A DNA stretch of 64,000 nt, from positions 776,396-840,395 of the forward strand of contig MNCI01002098.1 of the NCBI GenBank assembly GCA_015680685.1. Reading direction: 5' to 3'. This document shows, piece by piece, positions 26,331 through 38,613 of this stretch. The position numbers and the translations under genes are program-made. Below the pieces are notes generated by a model. The model saw only the letters and a program-made list of their open reading frames with translations, ran no database searches and was not told the origin of the DNA. Within the stretch, counting starts at the first letter, position 1. The number at the start of each line of letters is the position of its first letter. This stretch comes from Gnetum montanum. Taxonomy: Eukaryota; Plantae; Gnetophyta.

Positions 26331-27918
26331 TGGCCCAGTGCAAGTCGCGTCTCATCATACCCCCATGACTGAATGAAAACTCATCCTCGAGTTCCTTACA
26401 ATGATATTAGGTAGGTATGGGATTATTAGGGGAAATGGAACTAATGGGATGACATGTGAACGGTCTTTATTACAAGACTTGACAAAACTNNNNNNNNNNN
26501 NNNNNNNNNNNNNNNNNNNNNNNNNNNNNNNNNNNNNNNNNNNNNNNNNNNNNNNNNNNNNNNNNNNNNNNNNNNNNNNNNNNNNNNNNNNNNNNNNNNN
26601 NNNNNNNNNNNNNNNNNNNNNNNNNNNNNNNNNNNNNNNNNNNNNNNNNNNNNNNNNNNNNNNNNNNNNNNNNNNNNNNNNNNNNNNNNNNNNNNNNNNN
26701 NNNNNNNNNNNNNNNNNNNNNNNNNNNNNNNNNNNNNNNNNNNNNNNNNNNNNNNNNNNNNNNNNNNNNNNNNNNNNNNNNNNNNNNNNNNNNNNNNNNN
26801 NNNNNNNNNNNNNNNNNNNNNNNNNNNNNNNNNNNNNNNNNNNNNNNNNNNNNNNNNNNNNNNNNNNNNNNNNNNNNNNNNNNNNNNNNNNNNNNNNNNN
26901 NNNNNNNNNNNNNNNNNNNNNNNNNNNNNNNNNNNNNNNNNNNNNNNNNNNNNNNNNNNNNNNNNNNNNNNNNNNNNNNNNNNNNNNNNNNNNNNNNNNN
27001 NNNNNNNNNNNNNNNNNNNNNNNNNNNNNNNNNNNNNNNNNNNNNNNNNNNNNNNNNNNNNNNNNNNNNNNNNNNNNNNNNNNNNNNNNNNNNNNNNNNN
27101 NNNNNNNNNNNNNNNNNNNNNNNNNNNNNNNNNNNNNNNNNNNNNNNNNNNNNNNNNNNNNNNNNNNNNNNNNNNNNNNNNNNNNNNNNNNNNNNNNNNN
27201 NNNNNNNNNNNNNNNNNNNNNNNNNNNNNNNNNNNNNNNNNNNNNNNNNNNNNNNNNNNNNNNNNNNNNNNNNNNNNNNNNNNNNNNNNNNNNNNNNNNN
27301 NNNNNNNNNNNNNNNNNNNNNNNNNNNNNNNNNNNNNNNNNNNNNNNNNNNNNNNNNNNNNNNNNNNNNNNNNNNNNNNNNNNNNNNNNNNNNNNNNNNN
27401 NNNNGGGTGTGCTTTGAATCCTCACTTTTGTCTTTTTAGCTTCTTTCATTTTTTTTTCTTTTTTCTTGTTTTGTGTTTTTATGCGTGGGGACCACACCAT
27501 GCAAAGACTTCTTTATTTTTATTGTCTCAACTTCCGATTATTGGGTTACATCGAAAGGATAAGAAAACCCAAGAAGAAAACATCCAAGCACCCAAGTGAA
27601 TGACCAACACAAGAGCACCAAGTTCCCTTGAAGTCACACCCGTTTCAAATCCTTGAGTCCTTCCTTAGTTTGAGAAATGCCCAGTCACTGGTTCGTTAAA
27701 GTTCTTATTGGAAGGGAACTGTACATTTCCAAGCCAAGGGAAACCATAGACTTGATGGATGGATGGATGAAGTGATCTCATTGCCTGCCATATCAAAAGA
27801 ACATACCTTAGTATCAACAATGTAACTTAAAGGTAAAAACCAAACATTAGCAATTAATGAAAAACAGTTCATCCCATCGGCCCGAACACTTATTGGGTGA
27901 CGAATTTACATGATGGAA

Positions 27919-28095
27919 GACACACACACACACACACACAAAAAGATAGAAAAATATAACGATGTTGTAAAACAAAAACAAGAAAAGTTAAAGAAATTTG
28001 TAAAACAAAAATTAGAAAAGTTAAAGAAATTGTAAAACAAAAATGTGAAAAACAAAAACGTTGTAAAACAAAAATGTGTAAAACAAAAACTGAAA
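27919..28095. repeat. (CA)n tract plus tandem tgtaaaacaaaa repeats in the 3' non-coding region of B
   Basis: Directly visible. Confidence 0.8.
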
Positions 28096-28117
28096 AAGAA
28101 CTGAGGGCCCCATATGA

Positions 28118-30715
28118 TTAGCATAGGTGGCCATCTCCCCCATGACTGAGTTGTGAGGGAGAGATCCGAAGTAGTGAGCGCCTATTTGAATTTCTAAGCA
28201 GTGCCCAACTTCTCCCAATTGATGATCTTAAATTCAGGGGTGGAAGTTGGCGACGCTCACGTTCCAATGTGTCTATGCCACGGTTGTTGGCATGAGTTGC
28301 CTCAGTTCGTTCCATGCATATTTGTTTGCCCTTATGAGAAGCTGTCAACCACGGGGTGTCTACTACTTCTTGTGTGGTTGCTACATACAGGCATCTTTGT
28401 TGCAGAGTTTCCTGGGCACACCTGTGACATGGAGACATTTCCTCCGTGTCATCACCCGATGAATCACTGTATGTGATGCATGGAACTATCCTCTTCTCGA
28501 TCTTTCCACATATGTTTATCTTGGAGATTTCCAAGGAAAGATCACGGATCCTAAGGCATGCATCTACTGTGCTTAGCCATGCCCTTCCCATTATAATTGG
28601 GAAGTCCCCTTCGTTGTTGTTAACATCGATCACTAGGAAGTCTGCTGGGTAGGACCAACCACACACAGTGGTGATAACGTCCTCCACCAAACCCAATGGG
28701 ATGGCAATGGACTGGTCTGCCAGCTCCAGTTGAATGTTGCTCTTCTTAAGTTGGGGCAGGTTCCAGGCGTGATACATCTTTCGCGAAATTAAGTTGACTC
28801 CGGAACCTGAGTCAAGAAGAGCTCGATGTGGCGCATTCCCAGCGATCTGCAAATGAATAAAGGGACTCCCAGGGTCAGTTAGTTTCCTGGGAAGGTGGCC
28901 TACCTTGATCCAGTCAGTTACGGTATGTGTTAGCATAACCGTATGCGTTACATTCCCTTGGACTGAAGGGTGCTCCGAAGTGTTAGTAGTTAGAGGCCTA
29001 TACATATACCCGTCCGCTTGTTGTTGCGAGAGCCTATCCGGGCTCCTAGTTCTGAAAAAGGGTCTCCTTTTTGTACAGTTATCGCCAGAACTAGTGTCCG
29101 GTTGGATATTTACACTCTGAATATTTACAGATCTCGCGGCGTGACGTTGCTGCGGTTGGGTAGGTAATTCCCCTTGCATTGTTGGAGCAGGAGGTGTTAT
29201 GGGAACTACTTGAGGAAAAGGTGCGGGTGGAGTTAGAGGATGGACAGAATGTGGAATGTCTCCCGGAGGAGAAGGAGTCCTTCTGAAGTACTCCCGAGCG
29301 TAGTAGTGACGGCGTGGAGTGTGACTCATAGCGTCACCTGGAGAAACTGGCTGCTGCACATAATAACCATAAGGATCAGGCTGCCGGTAAGGGTATCGAT
29401 GTGTTGGCTGTGGCATCCCCCATGACTGTGGGTATTGCCACTGCTGATGTTGCTCGATGGGCTGCGGAGGTGTTCCACTTGGATAATACGTCAAGGGTTG
29501 GTGGAACTGCCTCGGGTTACCTTGTGGATAAGGTAACCTTCTGGGTGTTTGCCGTTGATTAAGTCTTGGATTTAATGCATACACCCCAGACTCCTGCAGA
29601 TGTGAGATAATTGGACAACATCCCTTAGGATGGTCATAATAGCAGACCTCACATCCACCGTCATTGTCTGAATCAGAATTTTCAGCCTCATCGGAGTTAG
29701 AGATTTTTCCCTTACCCTTGTTATGTGCAGGGTTAAAGTTTCTCCGCTTGTCTTTGCTTTTATCACTACTTTGCTCATCCTTAGACTCTTCTACAATTTT
29801 CAGGACTGTTTCTATTCGTGAGTCTAAGGAATCCCACATTTGGTCTACCTTAGCCGATACCTCCGTTGTTAACTTTTGGATCGGCACAGTTTTCCTGTTC
29901 ACCAACTCTTCGAGTGGTGACTCATCCTCCTCATCACAGAATTTCACTCCCTTCTTACGAAGGGAGGGATCACGGTTGTATTCCTCCGCACTTTCTCTTT
30001 TCCGTAGCTCACCCTCTTCTTGCGCTACTTGTTCCAACAATACTTCAACTTCATGGGCTCTTAGTTGGGAGAGTCTCCCTTGGGCGTAAGTCCCAAGAGT
30101 TCTTCTCGTTTCATTTCGTAGCCCATCCACGAGGTGGCGAAGTTGATCCCGCTTAGCGTACCCATGGCCCGGGCAACGATGTAGCAATGTGTAGTAACGG
30201 GCCATGGCAGCATCCAAGGATTCATGAGCTCCTTGTTTCCAGCCTTGGATCTGCTTACGCAAGTTAGACACTCTGGAGTACGTTTGATATTTGTTGTTGA
30301 ACAATTCAAGCATCGTACTCCACCTCCTGATGGTTTCCGGTTCTAAGGACCGGTACCAGCTTTCTGCTTCTTTAGTGAGTGTCCTTGGGAACAACTTGAG
30401 TTTCTGCCACTCATTGTCTATGTTCTGCAAGGCACAGGCATCGTGGAATGCCTGTAAATGATGTTGAGGATCAGCGTTGTATCCCCCTTCAAAACGTGGG
30501 ATATTATTTATATCCAAACGCTTGATCCTACTGTCTTTTAAATGCCTTGTGGGAATCCTAACTGCCTCTCTAATATCAAGCATACTTCGGGTTGCGAATA
30601 GGGGTTCGTCATGATCATCTCTTTCATGACGTCTGTGATGTCTACGTGGTGGTTCCCTATTCTCCCTACGTCCTTGCCCTTGTCCTAACTCCTCTCGACC
30701 TTCTTGTCGAGGCAT
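28118..30715 (-). CDS. Gag-aspartic protease polyprotein of element B (865 aa; no RT/RNase H/INT)
   Basis: Retrotransposon Gag core (LKLFPRTLTKEAESWY...W..M...F..KY), CEVCYYDHPKGCC knuckle-like motif, LPRKLTDPGSPFI, catalytic LLDSGSGVNL, and IIMGRAWL. Confidence 0.9.
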   Translation of the reverse strand: MPRQEGREELGQGQGRRENREPPRRHHRRHERDDHDEPLFATRSMLDIREAVRIPTRHLKDSRIKRLDINNIPRFEGGYNADPQHHLQAFHDACALQNIDNEWQKLKLFPRTLTKEAESWYRSLEPETIRRWSTMLELFNNKYQTYSRVSNLRKQIQGWKQGAHESLDAAMARYYTLLHRCPGHGYAKRDQLRHLVDGLRNETRRTLGTYAQGRLSQLRAHEVEVLLEQVAQEEGELRKRESAEEYNRDPSLRKKGVKFCDEEDESPLEELVNRKTVPIQKLTTEVSAKVDQMWDSLDSRIETVLKIVEESKDEQSSDKSKDKRRNFNPAHNKGKGKISNSDEAENSDSDNDGGCEVCYYDHPKGCCPIISHLQESGVYALNPRLNQRQTPRRLPYPQGNPRQFHQPLTYYPSGTPPQPIEQHQQWQYPQSWGMPQPTHRYPYRQPDPYGYYVQQPVSPGDAMSHTPRRHYYAREYFRRTPSPPGDIPHSVHPLTPPAPFPQVVPITPPAPTMQGELPTQPQQRHAARSVNIQSVNIQPDTSSGDNCTKRRPFFRTRSPDRLSQQQADGYMYRPLTTNTSEHPSVQGNVTHTVMLTHTVTDWIKVGHLPRKLTDPGSPFIHLQIAGNAPHRALLDSGSGVNLISRKMYHAWNLPQLKKSNIQLELADQSIAIPLGLVEDVITTVCGWSYPADFLVIDVNNNEGDFPIIMGRAWLSTVDACLRIRDLSLEISKINICGKIEKRIVPCITYSDSSGDDTEEMSPCHRCAQETLQQRCLYVATTQEVVDTPWLTASHKGKQICMERTEATHANNRGIDTLERERRQLPPLNLRSSIGRSWALLRNSNRRSLLRISPSQLSHGGDGHLC

Positions 30716-31461
30716 TTCATCTCTTTTACCTTTACTCTCCGCGTCATGCTCATGGTGGCTGTGCCCAGATGTGGAAGGAGAGGGTGAATGATGTGATGAA
30801 GGGGAAGAAGAAGGGGATCCATCACCATGGTGATGTTTCTTACCTTCTCTTCGGCTGCTTGGTCCCCGCTCGTCGTGACGATAAAAATGTTTGTCATTAG
30901 TGTGAGTAATTGTTCCTGCCGTGAACAGCTGGTGCTCACGGGGATCAGGGCCTAGAATATGTATCGTTGATCTAAGGCCCTAATGCCTAACCCCTTCACT
31001 AGAGTGAGGAGGAGGAACATCATTTTCTAAGAAACCCATCTTGAGGGGTTCCTCTTCTCCTATTTCACTAATGACATGGGGAACCTTGCCCTTCAATAGT
31101 GAATGTTGGCTCTCCTGCCTTGCATCCTGAATACGTTGGGCTTTTGTGGGACGAGAATCCCTTGTATCATAATCATCCAAAACGTATTCAGCAAGCAGCT
31201 CGTGCATGCCAATCCGTACCAAGGCACGGGAAAGCATATTGGAAGTAGAGCGATCTGGGGTAACACGATGTTACCTTGCATGTCTCTCCACCGCAGTTGC
31301 TCATCTTGATGGAAAACAAAGGTAAAATCCGGCACATACTCATCGGGATGAGTATATGTGACTTTGGATTGTTGAGGACATGGTTGATCTCGGTTATGCG
31401 TATGATGCTGACTTTCTCCTGTATTGTCCTTAGGTGAGTTGATTTCTTGAGAAGAAGCCAT
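30716..31461 (-). pseudogene. Disrupted N-terminal extension of the Gag frame of B
   Basis: ORFs 31093-31485 and 30980-31237 correspond to a single frame in element A (~34270-34490: DEYVPNFTFVLH...GNIML...LQRTLMRL...DTRE) and have a homologue in C (~49300-49420). Confidence 0.6.
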
Positions 31462-31589
31462 TTCTAATGGTGTGCTAACTTTCACCGTTATTTAATGTTC
31501 TTAATTAACTGATTAACCCTAAGGTTCGCTTTAGGCTCACAACGATGTGAGTGATATCCCTTATGTTAAATTGGCGAAAAAACGCTTAG

Positions 31590-31607
31590 TCCCCGGCAAC
31601 GGCGCCA
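31590..31607 (-). promoter_or_regulatory. Primer-binding site TGGCGCCGTTGCCGGGGA (tRNA-Asp, Athila-type)
   Basis: Lies 1 nt inside the 5' LTR of B and matches the PBS known from Athila-lineage elements. Confidence 0.92.
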
Positions 31608-34600
31608 ATGATGAGTGGCGAGGTACCCCTACTCGCCACAATACGAATACAAGCGTACACGCGCGATCCGGTTGAACTCCGCAGACTAAATGCCTTAACG
31701 CCACAAGAAACACTTGGGGTTAATCATTCGTTGTCTTCCCAGGCTTGCTTGTATGTGTCACGGTGTATGGTTAAGCAAGTCTGAGGTATGTGATTTTTTT
31801 GGTTTTTTTGGTTTATCTTATATGCTACCAGGAGAAAGGGTTGAGAAACTAAGCTAACTATAACTAAGATCTAAGTCTAAATTAACTAGCGTCAGTATCC
31901 GTTCCCACTTACCGGACACAACCTGAACTATGCAACTGCGGCTTACCAAATGCTAATCGTTACTGGGATCGCCACACGTAACGCAAGTGCTCGAAGTGGT
32001 CGTACTGAGGCACCTATTTAGCTTATGTGTGATAAGCAGCCGATTCCTTGACTAGCCGTACACGTCCGTAGACGCTCGTAATCAAGTCGTACTTGAACGC
32101 ACTAGAAAAGAAGTAAATGAAAGCAAGAAATGAAACCATGTGCTACAAGGTTTATCCAATCAAGTTCATCTTTATTGCCGTACACAACTTGGGTTCAGGT
32201 TTACAAGTTGCTCGAATAAAGAGCCGTTCACTCTAGGACTCCTACTGCGGGCACATGGGGAAAAATTCTAACTCTGGAGTGATCAATCTGCCAGAGCTTC
32301 GCTACACTAGCCAGGATTGGGAAATGAAGGGAGTGCCACCTCTTATTTATAGATATGGCAGCGGGACGCGATATCGCGTACGCGATATCACATGGGATGC
32401 GATATCGCTGCCCAGTGCAAGTCACGTCTCATCAGTATCTATATGGATTTGGATGCTTGTAATGATATTTTTGCTTTGGTGGTGGCATCCCCCATGACTG
32501 TGGATGCTACCACTACTGGTACTACTCATATAGTTGTGGTGGAGCTCCACTTGGATAATAGGCTTGTTGTTGTTGGTGGAATTGCCTTGGATTGCTTTAA
32601 GGATAAGGCAATCTTCTGGGTGCTTACCTTCTTGCTAATTTAGAATTCAAAGCATACACCTTAGAATCCTGCAAGTGTGACACAATAGGATAACATCCTT
32701 TAGGATGTTCATATTTGCAGATGTCACATCCACTATCATCATCTAATTATGTTTCCACAACTTCTTCTATTGTAGCAGCTTTGCCCTTATCCCTTTGGTA
32801 GGCACATTCAGCTTCTTTTCGCCTTCTACGATCATGATCACTACTCTACTCTCTTGATGCTTTTGTGCTTTTTAGAGTAGTTTGAAATTTTTTATCCAAT
32901 GAATCCCACATTTTATCTACCTTGGCAGAAATTTCAGGCATATATTTTTGGATTAGTAAGGTCTTTCTATTCACCACCTCATTAAGTGGTGACTCCTCCT
33001 CACTACCATAAAAGAAAACCCTCCTCTTTCTAATGGAAAGGTTTCTATTACATTCTTCTATACTTTCTCATTTCTTCAAATCACCTTCTTCCTTTGCTAC
33101 CTACTCAATTAACTATTGAATTTGATGGACTCTTAGTTTTGACAATCGCACTTGGGCATAAACTCCAAGAGTTCTACTCGTTTCTGATCAAAGCCCATCT
33201 ATGATATGGAAAAGTTGTTCCTGTTGAGAATAACCATGGATAGGACATCTATGCAATAGACAATAGTATTGACCCATGGCTATGTTCAAGGGTTCATGCA
33301 TCCCTTGTTTCCATCCTTGGATCTACTTCCTCAAGTTAAACACTCAGGAATACATCTAATATTTATCATTGAATAGTTCGAGCATTGTACTCCACCATCT
33401 AATGGATTCCAATTCTAAGGATTGATACCAACTCTCTAATTTTTTAATGTGTCTTTGATAATAAATTATGCTTTTATCAATTATTCTCCACATTTTGCAA
33501 GGTACATGCATCGTGAAAGGCCTAAAGATGGTTATGCTGATTTGAGTTATATCCCCCTCCGAAGTTGGGGATATTATTCATGTATAGCCTCTTGATTTGG
33601 CTATCCTTTACATGCCTTGTAGGAATTCTCATCACCTTTGCTATGTTTAGCATGATTCGAGTGGCAAGTAAAGGCTCATCATAACCATGGCCTTTGTAGT
33701 GGCCATGGTGCCTATGATGCCCTATGCTACCCCTTCTTTCATGATGATGGGCCTCCCTTAAATGCATGTGTAGCTGATCTTGACTTACTTGATGGGCCTT
33801 ATGATCATTTCAGTCTCATCGATCACCTCCACCATGATCACACCCTTTACAATTGTGCTTGGAGCTAGAAGAGGAAGAAGATGATGACAAAGGTGAAGAG
33901 GAAGGAGGACTAGCATTACCATGGTACCTACTACCCCCTCTTTGATAGTCATGGCCACGATCACCATCATGATCATGATCACGATGCTTATCTACATCCC
34001 TACTATGACCCTCCTCTTTGGATCCCTTTTGATCATGGGATCCATTTTTTCTAGAGCCAAGATTGTGGATAGTAGACTACAAGTTTTTTTCTTTTTACCT
34101 TCTTGGACAAAGTCAAAGAGAGGAGTGTCATTGAATGAAGAGCCCTCAAAGAAGAAGCCCCTATCATCTCTTTTGTATAGTAGGAATGGAAAGCTATCAA
34201 ATTGTTGCCCCCTCACACTTTCATAATGCTTCTCTTGCTACTAATCCCTTTTATGTTGTGCATTTGCGGGATGGTACTCCCTAGTGTCACTATCTAGCGT
34301 AACATATTTAAAATGAAGTCCTTGTAAATCCAACCTCATAAGAGTGCGTTGGAGCATCACAAGAATGGATTGATCGAGTTGCAACATAATGTTGCCCTCC
34401 AAGTCCCACCACCACATCTATTCATCCTAGTGTAGGACAAAGGTGAAGTTGGGCACATACTCATCAAGATGAGCATATAACACCTTGTATTGGTGGAGCA
34501 CTTTTTGATCTATTTTTTAAATTCTTTACTAATTAGATGTTTTCTCAAACTTAGATGAAGAATCACTCCTATGAGAGAAAGAAGACATTTTGGGATTAGA

Positions 34601-36497
34601 AAAAATAAAACTTAGTGTACTTTGTTATAATAATTTTTGTTATTTTGGCATATGATGTGACCTTAGGGTTTGTTCCAATGATGTTAAATGATTTTCACTA
34701 ACTTCCTAGATAGTGCATGTATCAAACAAAAGATCCCTAGCAACAATGCCAATGATGAGCAGTCAGGTACCCCTTATGCTCAACCATATGAATCACAAGC
34801 ATTCATGTGTGATCTAGTTGAATTCTGTAGACTTTAAGTCTTCAAGTACACTAGTTCTAGGAAGTGAAATCTAATCGTTACAATCATTGTCTTCCCATTT
34901 ACACTTGTGAAATGCAAGGGTATGGTTAAGTGCAAATAAGGCATCTAATTTTTATTATTTTTTAATGTTTTATGTTCTTGGTGCTAATGGAATAAAGTAA
35001 TTTTTAATGGCTAATTAAATCTAGCTAATTAATCTGTAACTCATCTTGACATAAGTATCCAATCCCACTTTCTGTACACATCTTGAACACATATAATATT
35101 GCTAGGTTACCAAACGTTAAGCATTGTTAGGATTACCAAGTGTCCAGGACATGCTTGAAGCAGTTGTACTTATGTGCTTAACTAATTGCTATTTAACCTA
35201 ACTAACTTAGCTTAATTTAGCTTAATTACTTGAAAGCATTAAATAAAATTGCATAAAACATTAAATGCATAAATAAAATGTTTAATTTAGCCAAAGTGAT
35301 GCAAGGTTTATCAAAAAGCTTATCTTTATTGCCACACACATTACCATGCTCAAGTACAACAATGCTTGAATAAAAATTTGTACACTCAATGATTCAATGA
35401 CTCTTGCTACAGGCACTTGGGAAAATATTCTAACTCTGGGGAAGAAAAGCTGCAAGAGCTCTAATATAGGCCAGCACATATCTTGCGATATCGAATATCT
35501 GACATTGCCTTTGAGCCCCTAATATTGGGTATCCAATATCAGAGCTAGACAAAATATAATTCATCATGTGCTAATCATTTAAGACTTGTTCAAGTATGCT
35601 TATAGGATTTCAAGGTTTCCTACTTGGTGCATTAAGATTTCCAATAATTTAATTTTAGATGTTAAGTATTTCATGTAGATTATATGGATTTTTAACCAAT
35701 TAATTCATTCCCCTTAAATGATTTTATTCATGGTATTGCCATCATAGTAATTTAAACTCTAATGCCTTGACAAAATCAAAGACATGTTGGAAGCATGAGA
35801 GAGGAGGTTTAGTTTCAAATTTTAGAATAATAATTATAATTAGTCATTTGCAAAGAAAGATTCCATGAACAATACTCAACTTAATTTGATAGAGTTCACA
35901 CTCTAGTGGAGCATGAAAATATACCTTTTAGGTTTTGGGTTATACTTAGATAGAAGTCTTTGTTAGTTGTCTTCTTGGGACATTGAAGTGTTCACAAAAC
36001 TATTTTTTATTATATAATTTATTATAATAATTTTGCGGTGTCTCTATCATGCAACCAAAGTGACAAGATTAGACAACGATATCAACTTAGATTATAGTGA
36101 CATTAATGATATCTCCATCAAAAGTTATTTGTATTTAAACTTCTATATTGGTTTTAATTTGGTACCATTCTATATAAAACTACTTTATAATATGTTAATA
36201 TTTTTTTTATCCTTAAGCACTCCAATTTGTTCATTTTGTCCATTATATTTAAAACTTTAATAACATCTAAAAATTATTTTAATATAATTTGGTCAATAAG
36301 TCAAAAAGTTCTTTATCTAAGTAATATTAATGTTTGTTATTTCATAGTGGACTTTCTTTGAAGATGAATTCCTCTTTTCATAAAATTTATAACAAAGCTT
36401 TTCACTCAAAGAAAATTATCTTTACTTTAATATAAATAGATAAATAATAACTTGAGTAGTATAAGGGAGTTCGTCAACTATAAGCAAATGCCTTAGT

Positions 36498-36615
36498 AGA
36501 GAAATGTAATTGAATTTATGTAGGGTATTTTATCAAGAGAAATGTAATTGAATTTATGCAGGGTATTTTATCCAGAGAGATGTAATTGAATTTATGCAGG
36601 GTATTTTATCAAGAG
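36498..36615. repeat. Tandem repeat, 3 x ~39 bp
   Basis: agaga(a/g)atgtaattgaatttatg(t/c)agggtattttatc repeated three times. Confidence 0.9.
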
Positions 36616-37990
36616 ATATTTGACTTCGTTTTTATATGCTTTCTTCCTTCTGTTTGCCTTTTTCTTTTGCCCAGAAATCCCTCCATCCTTAATCATAAAG
36701 GATTACGGTAAGGAAAAGGGAAAAAAGCAACCCAGAAAAAGGGTCAAAGTACCTGATTGCCTTTAGCAGGATTGGCTTAAGCCATACGGTATAAGTCTAT
36801 GATGGTTATTACAGGAGGGGAGGGGCCTGTTGGGCGTTGCAGCGTATTGTGGTGAAAGAAAGACAGACCTGAATAACACAAATCTACATGCCATTTCGGA
36901 AAAAGATTGGTTGGACGTATGGAGATCTACCCGAGCCAACGTCGTCGCTATAGTTTGGGTAGCCTCCCTTCTCCAAGTTATGCAAGTCCAATACTTGGTA
37001 TGGAAGAGAGGCTTTACTGATGCAAACAAAAATACTTTATTGCATCGTTGATATTCTGCTGCACAATCGTATTTTAGTGCTGCAAGGCATCTTGAATTCA
37101 AAATGCAGTGTAAAAAGCTTGTTTAATCATCTAAATATTTGCGTGTGGTTTAAAACAATCTAGGTTATTATTCAAAAGTGGCAAATCATCTAAAGGTAAA
37201 GAAATTTAAAAACCCGTAAAGAGGTTGGTGCATAACGCGTTGCTTAAAAAAAAAAAAAAAAAAAAAAAGTGAAAAACAGGTTTGAATCAGCAAAAAATGC
37301 TGGTCGTGTAAGAAACCTTTTGATATTTGCACCCTATGCATCAATTGAATCCAATTCTTGAAAGCCAGGAATCCAGGAGGATTCACAATTCAATTTGCGC
37401 TCGAGTATGCAAGTATATGGAAAGATTGGGATGGGTTCCCAGGTGGAGACGTGAATTCCAAAATAATAAAATATTTAAATTAAATATATTTTAGTTTTTT
37501 TCACATTTTACTTCTATTGAAATTTTTTTAAATTTAAATTAAATTAAAAGTTTCCAAGAGAGTCTTGGCCACCGATTAGGAAAAGTACAGTTTTGGCATT
37601 CCTGCTTCGAAAATGTACAGTTCTTAAAAATTTTATGGGATGCACGAATCTCCAACACATAGCTTTCACTTAACCCAACGGCTAAAACTAAGACGTCGTC
37701 GGAGTTTTAGTAATGTGAGGTCCACAAGTATTTGCTGATTCTAATGTTTGTCTTATTGTAGCTCTGCTATTGCTTTCATGATTTCATGGCATACTATTGG
37801 ATTTTCTTCCTATGGGATCTTTCTGCTATGAAGAAAATGAAAGCCAGATGACATACCGCAACCAAGATCACCATTCAGCATAAGCAGCAATTTGACAAAT
37901 TAAGGCATACTACTTGAATATATATATATATATATACATTCACTAGCAAGTAATATGATTTATTTATGTGAACTCAGGTGACATTATGAT

Positions 37991-38094
37991 GAGGTGTTAG
38001 TTTAGTGGTAAAGGTTTTGGCTTGCTAACCCTTGGTAATAGGTTTGACTCTACTAAGTATTATTGATTTATAAACTTAAAAGACAAAAAAAAAA
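37991..38094 (+). mobile_element. tRNA-derived SINE-like sequence or tRNA pseudogene
   Basis: A-box-like tagtttagtgg (37998-38008), B-box-like ggtttgactct (38041-38051) at tRNA spacing, and an A-tail at 38085-38094. Confidence 0.6.
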
Positions 38095-38613
38095 GTTTGT
38101 AAAAGGAATTCTGAAACTAGTCTTATAGGTCCAAAGGGTCTCAGTGATAGTAAGTAAAAATTTTAATTTCTGTTTTTAATACAATGGCTGGTATGAAATT
38201 TGATTTATTTATGTAAGCTCAGGTGGCATTACATTAATTTATCATAAAAGAGAGAGCTTCTTATAAAAGGTAACTATCAACTTCAAGGATTTTGATGAGT
38301 TCATTTGAAAACTTCTCTAAAATGCTTCAGATCTCTCCAATGAACAACTTGATAAAATATAAACATCAAGGATGGGTTTTTAAAGTGAAAATGCTCTTTT
38401 TTTTTTTTTTTGTTTTTCCTCACTGAATTTCACACAAAAAGCAACGGGGAGTGTGCACCATACCCTCGCTTTTAACAAGTGAGAATTTTGGATCTTTTTC
38501 AATTACACAAAAGATCTGCAATTCTCTCCAGTGGGCCTCAAAGACTGATTAGACTTTAAAAAATTGCCAAATGTGGTCAACGACACAATGAAAAGATGTT
38601 AATACTTTCAACA

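Larger units (their letters stand above)
25305..32434 (-). mobile_element. Younger non-autonomous Athila-type element B (gag-protease only) nested in the gag of A
   Basis: Perfect TSD GTATC (25300-25304, 32435-32439). LTRs at 31609-32434 and 25305-26357 with TGATGAG...CTCATCA termini. Perfect PBS; PPT at 26358-26371. CpG dinucleotides retained. Confidence 0.95.
18324..35566 (-). mobile_element. Athila-type Ty3/gypsy element A (old, decayed gag-pol)
   Basis: LTRs at 34753-35566 (5') and 18324-19197 (3'). TSD tatgc/tgtgc (one transition). Decayed tRNA-Asp PBS at 34734-34751; PPT region ~19198-19210. gag, PR, RT, RNase H and INT remnants are present. Confidence 0.92.
17250..36050 (+). mobile_element. 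Highly decayed Ty1/copia remnant (~17250-18323 and ~35567-36050) interrupted by element A
   Basis: SDLCG at ~18241-18255 (copia INT HxDLxGP-like). After A there are traces of the RGG / FCKE / TPQxNG-like integrase motifs at ~35795-35915. Confidence 0.4.

Noticed and set aside
25129-27500. Long ORFs (265-409 aa) in the ORF track
   Set aside because: They are read-through of N gaps (poly-X), not proteins.
28201-31309. Plus-strand ORFs over element B
   Set aside because: Antisense shadows of the Gag-PR frame with no independent features.
37991-38060. Functional tRNA gene
   Set aside because: Acceptor and T stems pair poorly, the B box is degenerate and an A-tail follows; better treated as a SINE or pseudogene.
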